The translations under genes and the position numbers were made by a program. The notes beneath the pieces were generated by a model that saw nothing but the letters and a program-made list of their open reading frames with translations, did no database searches and was not told the DNA's origin. Below are positions 28,430-41,727 of a DNA stretch of 64,000 nt, piece by piece. Within the stretch, counting starts at the first letter, position 1, and each line of letters opens with the position of its first letter. The DNA comes from the human T2T-CHM13v2.0 reference genome, Homo sapiens, in NCBI RefSeq assembly GCF_009914755.1, contig NC_060936.1; one strand, given 5' to 3'.

Positions 28430-30720
28430 TAAAATTATTTATTTATTTTTGAAAGGAATAGTTTTATCAAAGTAACAAATGTTTCTTTAACAAATAGCAT
28501 ATAGTATTTGTCAGAGGACATACAATTCAAAACAACACTCACAGCTTTCCCCATGCTGCTTGCACAAAGGCAAAGTCAACCATTTTCATTTTTAAGTTCC
28601 CTATTGATTATCTTCATATCTCTAGATAATATTTTTTTTTACTTTTTAAAATTTCTAGATTCATCAACCTTATGCCACATTATTGAACACCTTCTGTGAA
28701 AGGTGCATATGTAGCTCACTGCATGTTGACTTCTGTCACTCCTGTTCTCAATGTTTGTTAATCACATTTTCATTATATATCATTATGTACTTATATTCTT
28801 CTGTTTGTTATATTTATAACTTTAAACTTCTATTTCTTGTTTCACTAAATTTTGACAATATTTCCTCACTCTCCAAACTTAATGATGGGAGTAATTTTGC
28901 CCCGACCTGCCACGTCCCATATTCTGTCAGCTGCACTTTTATTTTTATATTCTCGGGGTAGGTAATGTTTACAGTTTATCCCGTAATCATAGCCAAGAAT
29001 CTTATTCCAGGCTTTTCTATGTTCACCTAAAAATTTAAAAACGAATAGTTAAATATATACATGCATAAAATAATTATATATATTAATATAATGTATAATA
29101 TATATACTTATATATATATTATCTGTAAGTTTGTAAATATTATTCCCTCTTGGGCCAGCTCAGGTCCAATGTCCCAAGCCAGTAGGAGAATATTTCTAGC
29201 ATCAAGATGAAGTGAATTTTCTTTTCTTGTAATCAATTAGATCAGCCATCTCCAACCTTTTTGGCACCAGAGACCAGTTTCATGGAAGATAATTTTTCCA
29301 CAGATGAGGGTGGGGGTGGGGTGGTGAGGAGGATGATTTTGGAATGAAACTATTCCACCTCAGATCGTCAGGCATTAGATTCTCACAAGAAGCGTGCAAC
29401 CTAGATCCCTCACATGCCCAGTTCACAACAGGGTTTGTACTCCTATAAGAATGTAATGCCACTGCTGATTTACAGGAGGTGGAGATCAGGCAGTAATGCT
29501 TGCCCACCGCTGTGTGGGCAGGGGGCCTGGGGACCCCTGCATTAAGCCACATTTTTGTTTGCTTAATATTTAGTCTGAGAGTTTCTGATAAAAACATTCT
29601 GACATTTCATGAAGTTTTGATTGATCATTTCTGCATAATTTACTTTGTTTGAATCCTGAAGTTTATCTATGCTCTTATTAATTGTTTTTATCTGAGAGCT
29701 ACTCTTTTCATTTTATGAAGCTTATCCTTTCTCCTCCTACTCTCCTTTGGCAGGGTTTCACTCTACAACATGCTGTATTGCCATTCCTCAGGATTTGTCT
29801 ACTATTCTGGGATGAATCTATAGCTTACCTCTTTACTACACAGAAGTATATGTTCAGCTAACTTTCTGAGAAAGATGAAAGGGTTTAAATTTTGTAAGCC
29901 CATGCATATATGTAAATGTCTATAATTTCCCCTCATACTTGACTGAAATTTTAGTTGGGTATGGAATTCTAGGTTGGAAATAATTTTCCTTTGGAATTTT
30001 AAAGTCATTGCTTCATTGCCTTCTAGCCTCCATGTTGCTGCTGAAAGTCTAATGCTTATCATATTTTTCTTCCTTTGTAGTTACTTATTGTCTCTGAAAG
30101 ACTTAGGATTTTCTATTTTTTTTCATTTGGATGTTCAAATTTCTCAAAAATCTGTTTAGGTTGTGAGCCTTTTATTATTTAATGTGCTGGACACTTAGTA
30201 AGCAAACTCCAACTGCAGACTTATGACTGCATTTAGTCTGGGAACATCTCCTTTATTAGTTCCTTGATCATTTTTCCTTCTACTTTGTCCATTGTTTCTC
30301 TCTAGGATGCCTATATTGCAAGTACTGAACTAGATATATATAGAGAGATAGATAAGTGTGTGCGTGTGTGTATGTGTGTGTAATTTTTTTCACTAATTTG
30401 TTTTCTGTTTGTTTCTTTGTTCTACATTCTGTAATATTTTCTTAACTGTATTAATTTTCTAATTAAAATTTTAAATTTCTCCAGTTAGTTTTCATTTCTG
30501 AGAGTTCTGCCGTGGTCTCTGATGAAACCTTTTTTATTGCAAACCATTCTTGTTTCATGGATGTAACATCTCTTCCATCTATTTGCTAGGTGTTGTATGT
30601 TTTCTTCCATTCCCTGAATTACCTCTGTTCATCTTAGTCTTTTTCTTCCATGCTACTAATTCTTCTCAAATATCTTGTTTTGCCCACTTATATTTTAAGA
30701 AGAAATACTATATATAGAAT
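28430..30720 (-). mobile_element. Old L1M (L1ME/MC-like) fragments
   Basis: ttgggtatggaattctaggttggaaataattttcc, cattgccttctagcctccatgttgctgctga, tcttgtttcatggatg. Confidence 0.65.
29243..29539 (+). mobile_element. MER1B (hAT-Charlie), internally deleted near 3' end
   Basis: ccaacctttttggcaccagagaccagtttcatggaagataatttttccac...gcattagattctca...ggggacccctg. Confidence 0.9.
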
Positions 30721-30804
30721 GGTGTGGGTTTCCTCTACTGTTCTATATGTAAGATATTTTTCCCATTAAGTCCCTCTAATAACTGGTGATTCTATGTGAA
30801 GTAC

Positions 30805-30860
30805 AGTGGAATGGGGTGAGTCATGTCCTTTAGTGGAATGGGGTGAGTCATGTCCTTTAG
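30805..30860 (+). repeat. Perfect 27-bp tandem duplication
   Basis: agtggaatggggtgagtcatgtccttt x2 (30805-30831, 30832-30858). Confidence 0.95.
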
Positions 30861-33754
30861 AAGACTTCACTTTAGAATGAGTGGGCAAAAGCTCTTATTG
30901 ACAAGTTAAGGACTCTCCAAATTCTAGAACTACAGCTACTCCAAGAATGAATATCTTCACTTGAATCCTCAGCTTTCTTCTGGCATTTTCTACCACTTAT
31001 TTTCAGGACCCCTTACCCACCCTGCCCTCCCCACTCCCAATAACCTTTTTTTTTTGTTTTTTTTTTTTGGCCTAGGAGTAAATGCCAATTGCCTGATGCA
31101 ATAAAGATGCCTTCAATTCATTCTCAATGTTTCGCCTTATTTATAACTCCTTCCCTCCACAGAATTTTTGCAATTCTGAACCTAGGGTCTGTCTATTATT
31201 TCAACAGCTCAGCATCCACCTTCTCTGCAGATTTGAAGACAGGACAGTCTTGGGTATAGTGTTTCTCCATTGTTTCATTTTTCAAAAAAAACTTCTAGGT
31301 TATACGACAATATATTCTCAGGGAATATAATTGGCCACAGTGTGTGCCCAATTTACTTTCTTGAACTAGAACTAGACTTAGGGGTTGAAAATTTTAACAC
31401 TTACCCAGTTCTTTAAAGGATGGCTCAAACTTAGTCACCTAAATTACAAACTTGTTACCAGGTTAAAGAACTCTAATTTTTAAATCTCATATTAAAAGAC
31501 ATATGATCAAAACAATTTTTTTCACTTTCTTCAGCTTTTTGAAGCATTATTTAAAAACTACAATGTATCAATATGGATCTATAAAACAAGTTGAAATCTT
31601 TACAGAGAAAAAATATTGATTAGATTGTCAAGTCCTATATATCAATAAGCATAACCTGAACTTATCTAAATCTATATCTAGTTTATTTTCATAAGAATTC
31701 TCACATAAGAATTGTAATGCCTGACAAAATTACCATCAACTGCTGAAATCATAATGGTAGGTTGTATTAAATTTGAAACTGGATAAATACTAAAAGAAAC
31801 AAGCTCCATTGGCCAAATCTACATAACTGAGTTAGGTAAAATACTTACTAAGCACATGTATGAATGAATGCATATAAGAAGCAATATGAATTTGTCATTT
31901 TCCACTCCTTGCTCCAGTTAAGAGACAAGCAAATTTTAAAATTGACTTATGACTTTGTTAGAAAATGTAAGCATTATTTGGAAATCTCAGTATTTCACAA
32001 GAGAAACTTTTATGTGACATCTGAGTTAAACTTTTCTAGCAATAGCAGTTCTCAAAAATATCTGGCCAAACTTAACTTACCTCTTCATGATAATGGGGCC
32101 TGAAAAAGAAAATAACATATGCTCTTTAAACTTCTAAATTAACATACTATTTTCTCTTGTTCTTTAGATGTTAACCACTTTGTTAATTAAAACTCCCAAA
32201 ACCTGAATTGTTGGGTGGCTCGATTTTCCATAGAAAAGTTTCCAAGATTGAATTTTCTGAAAATGGCATCTAAGATTACCTGGATCTGGTTCATGTTGTT
32301 CATTTTACAGATAGCCAAGGGAGAGATTAGGTTAAAGTTATTGCCCCTCAGTTACACAATAATTCAGCAAGACTGGAAATCTGTTATTTAGGAAATAATT
32401 TTAGCTTGCCGCTGAGGTTACAGAGCAATGAATGGCTCCTTTCTGGATTCTTAAAGTTTACCCAGCACATTTATGTGGCCATTTTTTTTGCCTGGTGTAC
32501 TTATGTATGAGTTAAATCAACATGACTGTATCACGTTTACATTAAACCTCTTTCCTTATTTCTCCATCTTTTAAAAGTATTCTTTCTTTTATGATCTCTG
32601 TTTTCGTTTTCATTTCTTTTCTCTGCTGTCTTCATTTAGCTGTCACCTCTGCTGAAGACAGTTCAAATGTTTCTGTGTACATTTTTTCACCAAGAAGAAA
32701 AAATAATAATTTGGAATTAAATATTTGTTTTGATTTTAAATTAAAAACGAGCTTTTTTAAAAAAAGAGTACTTTGTAAGTGATAAAGTACTATGAGAATG
32801 TCACATATTAGTATTAAATAGGGCTTAAGTGACATAATCCAAATCAAGTTTGTATATGAAAATATCTTCATGTTACATCTTTAGCTTGATTTTGTGATTT
32901 AAATATTACTATGGATTTAAAATCTCTAAAGGATAACAAAGAGTACAAGGAGAATACTTAATAGTTATATTAGATATAACATACTTAATCATTCTAACAC
33001 ATATAATTGTATGTTGGATAAGAAATATATACTTTAATTCCATATTATGAATAGGTAAGCAAAAACTTTCTTAAAGGAAAATAATTTCTTTAAGTGTAGA
33101 AATGTTGTTTTGATCTTTTAATCCAAATTCTTTGATAATTTAGACTTTTACTATTGCCCAACTATTTTTATTTAATACTGTGATGACCTATAAAAACCAC
33201 TAGTTTTATGGAAAAAATGTATTTTTAAATATAAAGAGAACTTTATAGGAATTTTTTCTTTTAAATATGTTAATTTCTTTTAAAATAGGACATTTTAAAA
33301 AAGTAATTCAAATATGTAATCCCAAACTATGTTTTAAGGTAATTTTCAAGTTTCCATTCTGGGAATTTTGGATACAGTTATAATGATAAAAAGCACATTC
33401 TCTTCACATATTTCTTTTAGACACTAGAATTGCTGATTTATTCAATTTCCAGAAAAATCATAAAATACTAAAGTGAAAAGATATTCCACAACGGTTTACA
33501 TGTCAAGTTTGACATAAGCCACAAAGGTCTTTCTCTTACAAAGGTCTCCATACCTGAGCATTTCAAATACAACTTATTTATAAGATGGAGAAACAGACTG
33601 CAGTAAGTACAAATAGTAGAAACAACACAAATAGAACTTGAGCAAATGAAAAGATAACCTCTAAAGACAATACCTGTGGGCAAACATTGTCTGCTTCTGT
33701 TACATGAAGCAGTCCTATCACCAGGCTGGGGAAAAACCTGGTGATTTTTCCAGG

Positions 33755-33990
33755 GCAGAGGCATGGTGCAAAAGGAAGAGCAGGAATCTAGCCTGGACAG
33801 GGACCCATGCCCACCGTTTTCCCCATGGGTGTGGCCAAATCAATGAAATGGACCAACTCTCAGTTTCCTCCTCCGAAAAATGTGTTGAATATCTAACGGG
33901 TCCTAACAGGTCTGTGTCTATTAAATAAGAAAATACTTCATAAATCGTTTGCCTAACTATAACGGGCAAAATGTATGCAAAGTATTACTA
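33755..33990 (+). mobile_element. MIR (old)
   Basis: ctcagtttcctcctccgaaaaatg...attaaataagaaaatac. Confidence 0.55.
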
Positions 33991-34278
33991 GAAAATCTTC
34001 ACTGTAACAATGGAGTTAAAGAGAAAGGTGAAGTATAGCAAATAAAAAATGAAATTAGGGAAGGTAAACCATTTTTAAATTAAAGTGATTTTTGACATAA
34101 TTTTGGTTCATAAACACATGTGGGTTTAGTTTTCTTTTAGACACAGCATAGTGGTAGAGTTCATTATAGATTTTGATTTATCATTCGATTCATAAATTTT
34201 CTTGAATAAAATTACTTCTTGTTTATTCTTGCATAAAGGAAGAACTACTTGGGAATATCTTCATACTTTTCTGCCAAA

Positions 34279-34456
34279 AGCTACTCAGGAGGCTGAGGTG
34301 GGAGGGTCGCTTGAGCCTAGGAGGTTGAGGCTGCAGTGAGCCCACCAGTGTGCTCCAGCCTGGGCGATAGAGGGATACCCTATCTCAAAAAAATAAAAAT
34401 AAATTAAAAAAAGAAAAAAAGAAAAAAGAAAGAAAAAGAAAAAAAGAGAAAATAAA
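34279..34456 (+). mobile_element. AluJ/FRAM right-arm fragment with long A-rich tail
   Basis: agctactcaggaggctgaggtgggagggtcgcttgagcctaggaggttgaggctgcagtgagc. Confidence 0.85.
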
Positions 34457-35844
34457 TGTGATTAAGATACTGTGTTTTGAATTGTAAATTTTTTTTCATT
34501 TCACTTGAGAATTTCTAAACAAAGTGTCCTTCATTTGCTGTGCTGAGACAATCTAACCATGGCCTGCATTGATTTTGGTGATTGTGGCTCTCCTTGCCTA
34601 GATATATAGAAGCCCAATAAAATTTGGTGGCATGTTTCTGTTGCCCCATCTCCAAAATGGCAATGCCCTCTGTCATCCCAAATTATTGTGCTGTGGTCCA
34701 AGACCCAATGTAAGTTAGGTTCTACCTAGAAGCAGCATCTTTCTGCATAGTTACTAGATAGACATGGCCAGTCAAGCAAAGAGATAGGCATAAAATATAA
34801 GAAACATGTTTAAATTTTCATTCCTAAGGCAGAATAGAGCTGCCACATGGCAAAGTTCCAGGTGAGTCCGCCTGGAATTGAGTAATGTGGTGGTGCTGAC
34901 TAAGTAGAAGGGTATCTGTTTGGGGGCAGCCTGTACATTGGGAGAGGACTGGCTCTTTCTCCTCTCTTTACTACATGGCCCATTCCTACCACACTACTCT
35001 GTGCCATGTGGACCACATTTGTTGACGTGGCTGGCCAGATGCCTGCTGTTGAAAGCATGTCCAGCCATGTGTCTCATCCTCACCCACCACTTTATTTTTG
35101 TTGCACTTTCAACCAGATTTTGTGGCTAATGAGGATATAAACACTACGGTAGGGGAGATGCCAGTGGACTACTGTGCTTTTTCTTGTGAGCATTTTTAAA
35201 AAAATTAATATATTTTACACACTTTTCTATTTATGCCAAAGCTGCATGATATTTAGAACGCGCTTTGAAGAAAAAGAAGGTATAAAGAAGAGAGGTCAGG
35301 AAGGAGGACTTCTGGAGACATAAAGCAAAGGAATGACATTTGTCGCTATTGATTGTTTCCCATGGCTGTCTTGCAGATTCTTCATTTTCCTTCCAACCAT
35401 CCTTCTCTCAGTCCCACCACCCTCAGTTATGCATTCGTGCACTCACTGCATATCCTGTTCTCCAACACTCACTTTCATATTAAGCTCCCTTGATAGGCTA
35501 TAAGTCTCGTAAAAATCAACTGTTTTTCAAATAACCTAACTGTGTAATACTTGTTTTATCCAACACATATTTGCACAAAGGGGCTATCCCAGAATAGAAG
35601 CTCATTTAGTGAATGTGAAACTGATATTATTTTTAGTAACTTAATAGAAGGCTGAAGAAAGAATGGGTGCTCAAAAAAGTCATGTTGAATTGGATTGAAT
35701 TGAATTGATAGCAGCTCAGAGACTAAGGACAGACATGACAGAGGATGGATGAACCAGTCTAGGAAGCTGAAGAAACTGGCAGGATATGAGCAAAGGCATG
35801 ATCAGACCTTAAGAGAACAAAGGGAGGACGTGACACTTTGCTGC

Positions 35845-36330
35845 TGTATCAGTTCTCTCTCCTTTGTTACAAACCACACCAAATATAGTCACATAAACAA
35901 CAACCATTATATTTGTTCACAATTCTATATATTAATCACATTGGCTAAGTACAGCTGGGCAGTTCTTTTGTAACTCTGGCTGGGGTCACTCATGTGACTA
36001 CAGTCATCTGACGGCTCAACTGGAGCTGAATGGTCTAAATGGCCTCACTGCATGCCTAGCAATTGTTGCTGCCTCTTTTCTCATCCGAGCTTTTCTCATC
36101 TGTCTTTAGCAGGCTAACTCAGGCATTTTCACGTGATGCCTGCATTACCAGGGAACAAGCCCTAGTGCACAGGCACTTTTCAAGTCTTTGGTTATGTCAT
36201 TTGGCCAATGTTCCATCGGCCAAAGCAAGACCCATGGCCAAGCTCAGAAGCAGTGTGGGAGGGAATGATACAAGGGTCTAGATGAAGGAGGTATCATTCA
36301 TTAAGGATTATTACTATGCCAATCTTCCAC
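35845..36330 (-). mobile_element. MLT1 (H-type) MaLR LTR
   Basis: tgtatcagtt...acaaaccacaccaaa...ggggtcactcatgtgactacagtcatctg...tcggccaaagcaagacccatggccaag...ccaca. Confidence 0.75.
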
Positions 36331-37587
36331 AGCTGTTATATTGTGTGACAAAAGTTTTGTTGATTGTTGATTCTACTTCCCAGAGACTTCCTAGGACTTG
36401 GAATTAATATAGCTAAACTTTGAGTCCAACAAATTATGTCTTACGTAGTAGCTCCTCTCACTACCTTCTCAGTAATGTTTCTGAAAGTTCATTTTCAACA
36501 GCCATAAATTTGCATATAAACCTGGAATAAGTAGTAGCTCTCCTCTATGATATATATTTTATTAAATTGCATTAGAATGGATTACATTTTAGTGCATTCT
36601 AGACAGGGAAAATACAGTGGTGGCACAATTTGAAAGATTTAAATTGGCTGCCCACATTTGTTGGTGTGCATTTTTCCAAGCACGTACTGGAATGATAAGC
36701 ACAAACAAAAACTTGGGCTCTTGGCCTTTTAAATGTCCAAGTTGGTCTTTTAATTGTTGATTACATAATTATGGTACTTTATCAACTAATCTGTCCAAAT
36801 ATCTAGTATACTTTTTGGCATTCTTTATATTTTTACTTAGCAACCAATCAAGAATGTGTTGAAATCCAAGAGAGAACTATTGAACAATGGGTCCATAAAC
36901 CCTGCAACTGAAGGGAGTAAATAGTTTTACAGAAGCAAGTTCAATTGCTTTTCATTACATGTCTCTGGGTGGCCAAATGCTTGGGCAGAAAATTAAACTT
37001 GCTTAAGCTAGCCACATTTATACTTCTGTGACTGAAACACAATCTTCCAATTTGTGTTAAATTACTATTGTAAAATAATTTTATTATTTGCCAAGTGTTT
37101 CAGTGACATGAAAGGACAAATCAGCAAAGATCATTTATAGTTTAGTTCCCTAGCCACTCCCAAAAGGTTACCTGGAAGCTTGTTGATTCCTCCATGGACT
37201 GGATGGACTGGGAATGTATACGTATATAGATTCTCTATCGTCTTCTAAAACTTATATATTTAAAAACAAAAACAAAAAAACAGGACTATGACTGCTGGCC
37301 ATGGTTGTGTTGCTTTTTCGTCCTTTATTTTTTCCTTGGCAAATATTATTCACTGACAGATCAAACTTAGGGGCTATGAATAGTTAGCTCCATATGCATG
37401 CAGAGTTCTTCCTAAACCAACTTATTTGTTGTGCCAGATGTTATTATGCTTCTTGGAATGTAAGCTTAAAAAGTGATCTTAGTATAAGTTAATAGACAAC
37501 TCAGTGAGCAGGTGTTTCATTGACATGAGGGAGTGGGTATATTTAACATATGGGAAGAATACGAATAACTGTGGCCAGAGAGCAGAC

Positions 37588-38984
37588 TGTGATAGATTGT
37601 GAAAAGAACTCCAGTTCTTACCCCTTCCCTGTTTCCACATATTTTACAATGTTGACTTTGCAGCTGCTGCCATCAAGAGGCAGAGCCTCTTCCTCACCCT
37701 TTAAATCTGGACTGACTTTGTGACTTGCTTTAGTAATAGAATACAGTGGATGTATCCCTATGCCGGTATCAAGCCCAAGTTTCAAGAGGCCTTGCACACA
37801 TCTTTCTGTATGGTACCCCTTCTCTGTGGGATAGCCTGCCGAGTGAGGAGAGACCACCTGAGACAGAATTGAGCCATTCCAGCCAGTTCACTGAGTTAGC
37901 CTAGACCAATCAGTCCTTAGCTGACCTGTCAATTTGATAGTGTCAGGAAGCAGAGAAATTCTAGGCACACAGGGGTGGGTCCCTGGCAAATTCTAGGCGC
38001 ACAGGGGTGGGTCCCCAGGTCCCTGCCCTCAAGCCGAAAAGCCTGAGACCACAGCTCAAAGTGAGAACTGACATCCCTGTTTACCGGCTCAAATGTTGCC
38101 TTTTTCTAAACCACCCATGGCCCACCCTGCCCCCATTCTGTGCCTATAAAGACCCCAGACTAAGCCAGCAGAGAGAAGCAGCTGGACGTTGAAGAGAAGT
38201 GACTTGACTTTGGAGGGACAGCTTGATGGTGTAACTTTGGAGAAGAATCTGGCCGGAGATGACCAGACTTCAGGGGAAGACTACTTTCCCGCCCGATCCC
38301 TTTTTCAACTCCCCTTCTCGCTGAGAGCCACTTTCATCGGCAAGAAAATCTCCCACATTTACCATCCTTCAATTTTTCGTGTGACTTAATTTTTCCTAGA
38401 CGCCAGACAAGAGCTCGGGAGCTACAAATGCGGATACAAAAGGGCCCACTGAGCTGTTAACACTTAAAATATGTTAACACTAAAAGAGCCCTGTAACACA
38501 CCCTCTGGGGTTTCAGGGGTTGTGGGCACCCCCAGATGCTGCCACTGGGCCCACACAGAGTTTGCTCCTGCCGGCGCCCGAAAGCACTGGCCCCAGCTCC
38601 TGCACCCGCTCACCTGCACGCTCCCTCCCACGAGGGACGGAGCCTAGCGGGTTTGAGTGAGTAGAGTGTTCACTCCCGCCAGCTCCAAAACAGCCAGCTG
38701 GTTCCGGGGTATTCACACACTCCAGTTCCTGCCTCATTTGCTCACACTCTCCCTCCTCGGAGGAGTTGAAAGCTGCAGCTGGGTAAATGAGGCACCCCTG
38801 TCAGGGGTCACTCCAAGGGGTCAGGGAAATATCCTGCTTCAAATTCAGACTTATAAGCAAAGACAAAAATAAAATAAATGATCCAGGCACCTGGTCAACA
38901 CATAGACTTATGAGAAATAATGAATGGTCGTTGTTTTAAGCCACTTGGATTTAATGTATTTTAAAGCGAGAGCTGACTGACACA
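37588..38984 (+). mobile_element. MLT1 LTR split by LTR28-like element
   Basis: gactttgcagctgctgccatcaagagg...tgtgacttgcttt; resumes after 38845 with gttgttttaagccact...gctgactgacaca. Confidence 0.75.
37935..38841 (+). mobile_element. LTR28-like ERV1 solo LTR (LTR1/27/28 group)
   Basis: tgatagtgtcaggaagcagagaaattctaggc...gcctataaagacccc...gggtcagggaaatatcctgcttca; TG...CA; 4-bp TSD aatt (37931-37934 / 38842-38845). Confidence 0.8.
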
Positions 38985-40827
38985 CCCTCTTTTCTCTCTA
39001 GCTGGTCTGGAAAGCACTTTCTTAGGGCCTTTTATAAAAAGTCAGCTGAAGAGTGTAGGCAGCATAGCTTACCCTAAACTGACTGATGATTCTCTTTCCT
39101 TGATTATACATTTAAGTGTTGGTTTGCTTGTATAAAATTTGTTTCTGAAGGCAGGGCACTAAATATTTTTCTTTAAATCCTATACAAATCCCAGCAAAAT
39201 GTCTCTAATGTACTGGGGTTTGAAAATTTTTTTGCAGATTTTTAATTATATCCTTCTAAACATCTGTACATTTAGGAACATTATTGTTTAGCTCAGAGTA
39301 ATAGGAGTCTATCATTTGGGTAAAGCCTCGATCTCAGACAGATTTGGCAAACCATTTTGCACATTCTCTGTGCCAATTACCCAGAGATAATGTGAAATGG
39401 GTTTGATAAAACACTTGGTTTCTACTTTTCCTCCAGACTTGTCCCAGCTAAGATCTTCTGGATTATCCAGCCAGATCAATGCAAGGCAAAGCTTCATTCT
39501 GCTTAGAGGTGCCATCAGTAATTTGCTGGAAAAGTAAAGGGTTAATCCCTGGGTAGGTGCTGGTTCTGACAGCTTTTATGTGTCATAGTCAATCACAGTG
39601 AAGTCATTGCATTCTGCATACTGCCAGCTTCCTCTGGTAACTGATGAGGCACTTTTGGTAATAGCATTCTCATTTCCAGACATTGCCTATTTTATCATTT
39701 GCAACTGTAGGATATTTTTGACATCCTTGTTTCTTTATGTAAGATCACAGTGACTTTATGTCAGTAAATTTGCCGATGCACACTGGTCTGCTATGACAGG
39801 AAAAGCACTAAATGGATGTAATTCAGTTTTAAATATAATTAGTAAATTACTGGGAAATATTTCTATTGTGGATATCCTTACATTTTGTCAAATACTCTAA
39901 TCCATGTACTTAAAAAATAGCTAGTGTCAAGTGAATTTTTTATAAGAAGCAAGAATAGGCACGGGAAGTATGAAGTTGGTTTAGTGACAAGCATTTATTT
40001 TAAATAATGTCACTTTCTTTATAAACTATGAACATCAGATATATAAACGCACACATTAGATCTGTTTAATTATTTGTTATACTTCACATAGCAAAGCAGA
40101 AAGGTACAGGGAATTTGCTGCTTGCCTAGTTTGAGTATCCCTGAAGGTTAGATACTTTTATTTCTATTTTTTTAGAGGAGAATCTGAAATCAGAGAAATT
40201 AAGTTATTTTCTCTAAGCGACTCAGGGAGTAAGAGGCAGATACAGGATTTGAATGATGTATGTATAGTGTCAAAGCTCTTTACCTTCTGCCTCTCTGCCT
40301 TCTGCCTAATTCCAGAAGTCTCTGAGATGATCCTTTCTGCATTTGCTGTGACACTCATAGCCTGCCTGGCCTTCCCATTGCAATCCCTTGATCATACTTG
40401 CCAAGCTTGAGTTTTTCAGATTTTTGCTCCTGGAGGCTTCCAAGCTTAATTTTCCTTCTCCTGCACATTTATTTTCTGCACTTCAAACCCTCCTTGGTTT
40501 GGTCAATTCTGCTGTCAAACAAGTTTCAATTCAGACAATGTGGAGTATAAGGGTAGATTTTTCTGGGTTATTACTGGCTTGCAAAGAACTGCTTTAAATA
40601 TACCCTAGTCCTTTTATGTCATAAGTGCCAAATCAAAAAATTCAGAAGTATGATTTCTTCCTGATGAATATATATATATACACACACACATACTATATAT
40701 ATATATAATCAATTTCTCATACATACTGTGTAATAAAAGTCGCTCCTTTCTGGTACCTGATTGAATTAGGATAAACCCCCAGAGAAGCAAAATTAGAAGC
40801 AGTTTTTTCTTTTTAGAATTCCTTCCC

Positions 40828-41010
40828 CAGGGCAGCTATGTACAGTTGTGCAAGTTGCATATTACCTCTGGGGGACATTATTCACATTTATAGTATGATA
40901 GATTTTATGTATTGATTGGCAACAATTTTGAGGCAGATAACAGTAAAGAGTCTTGAGGAAGCTGCAGTTTACCTTAAATCTCACAAAGGTATCATTTGGG
41001 CCAGCACTGC
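40828..41010. mobile_element. MER91-like hAT-Tip100 MITE
   Basis: cagggcagctatgtacagttgtgcaagttgca resembles MER91 terminus; right boundary uncertain. Confidence 0.45.
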
Positions 41011-41129
41011 CTGCCCGTTTTGAAGAATCATGGCAATAAAAGAACATCTTTAGACTCATTTTTCGTGCCCCCTCTTAATACCTAGATAATTTTCGTAGGT
41101 GTTAGTACTTTTTAAAATATGTATTATGT

Positions 41130-41518
<389 letters not shown>

Positions 41519-41678
41519 CTACCTAGAAGACAGCCAGAAAGACCTATGTTTGGGCAACTTTTGGGGCATCTGGATTCTTGTATAGAAAAAGGAAAATATG
41601 GTAAATAAAAGAACTATATTTTGAATGTGAGTGCAAAGTTGTCCACCAAATACCTGTTATAGTAACCATTCTGGCTCC

Positions 41679-41727
41679 GTGTGTGTCTGTGTGTGTGTGT
41701 ACGTGCGTGTGTGTGTATGTGTGTGTG
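41679..41727 (+). repeat. Imperfect (TG)n
   Basis: gtgtgtgtctgtgtgtgtgtgtacgtgcgtgtgtgtgtatgtgtgtgtg. Confidence 0.9.

Noticed and set aside
29305-29332. G-rich run as a possible G-quadruplex
   Set aside because: Only three runs of three or more G; lies in the variable G tract of MER1B
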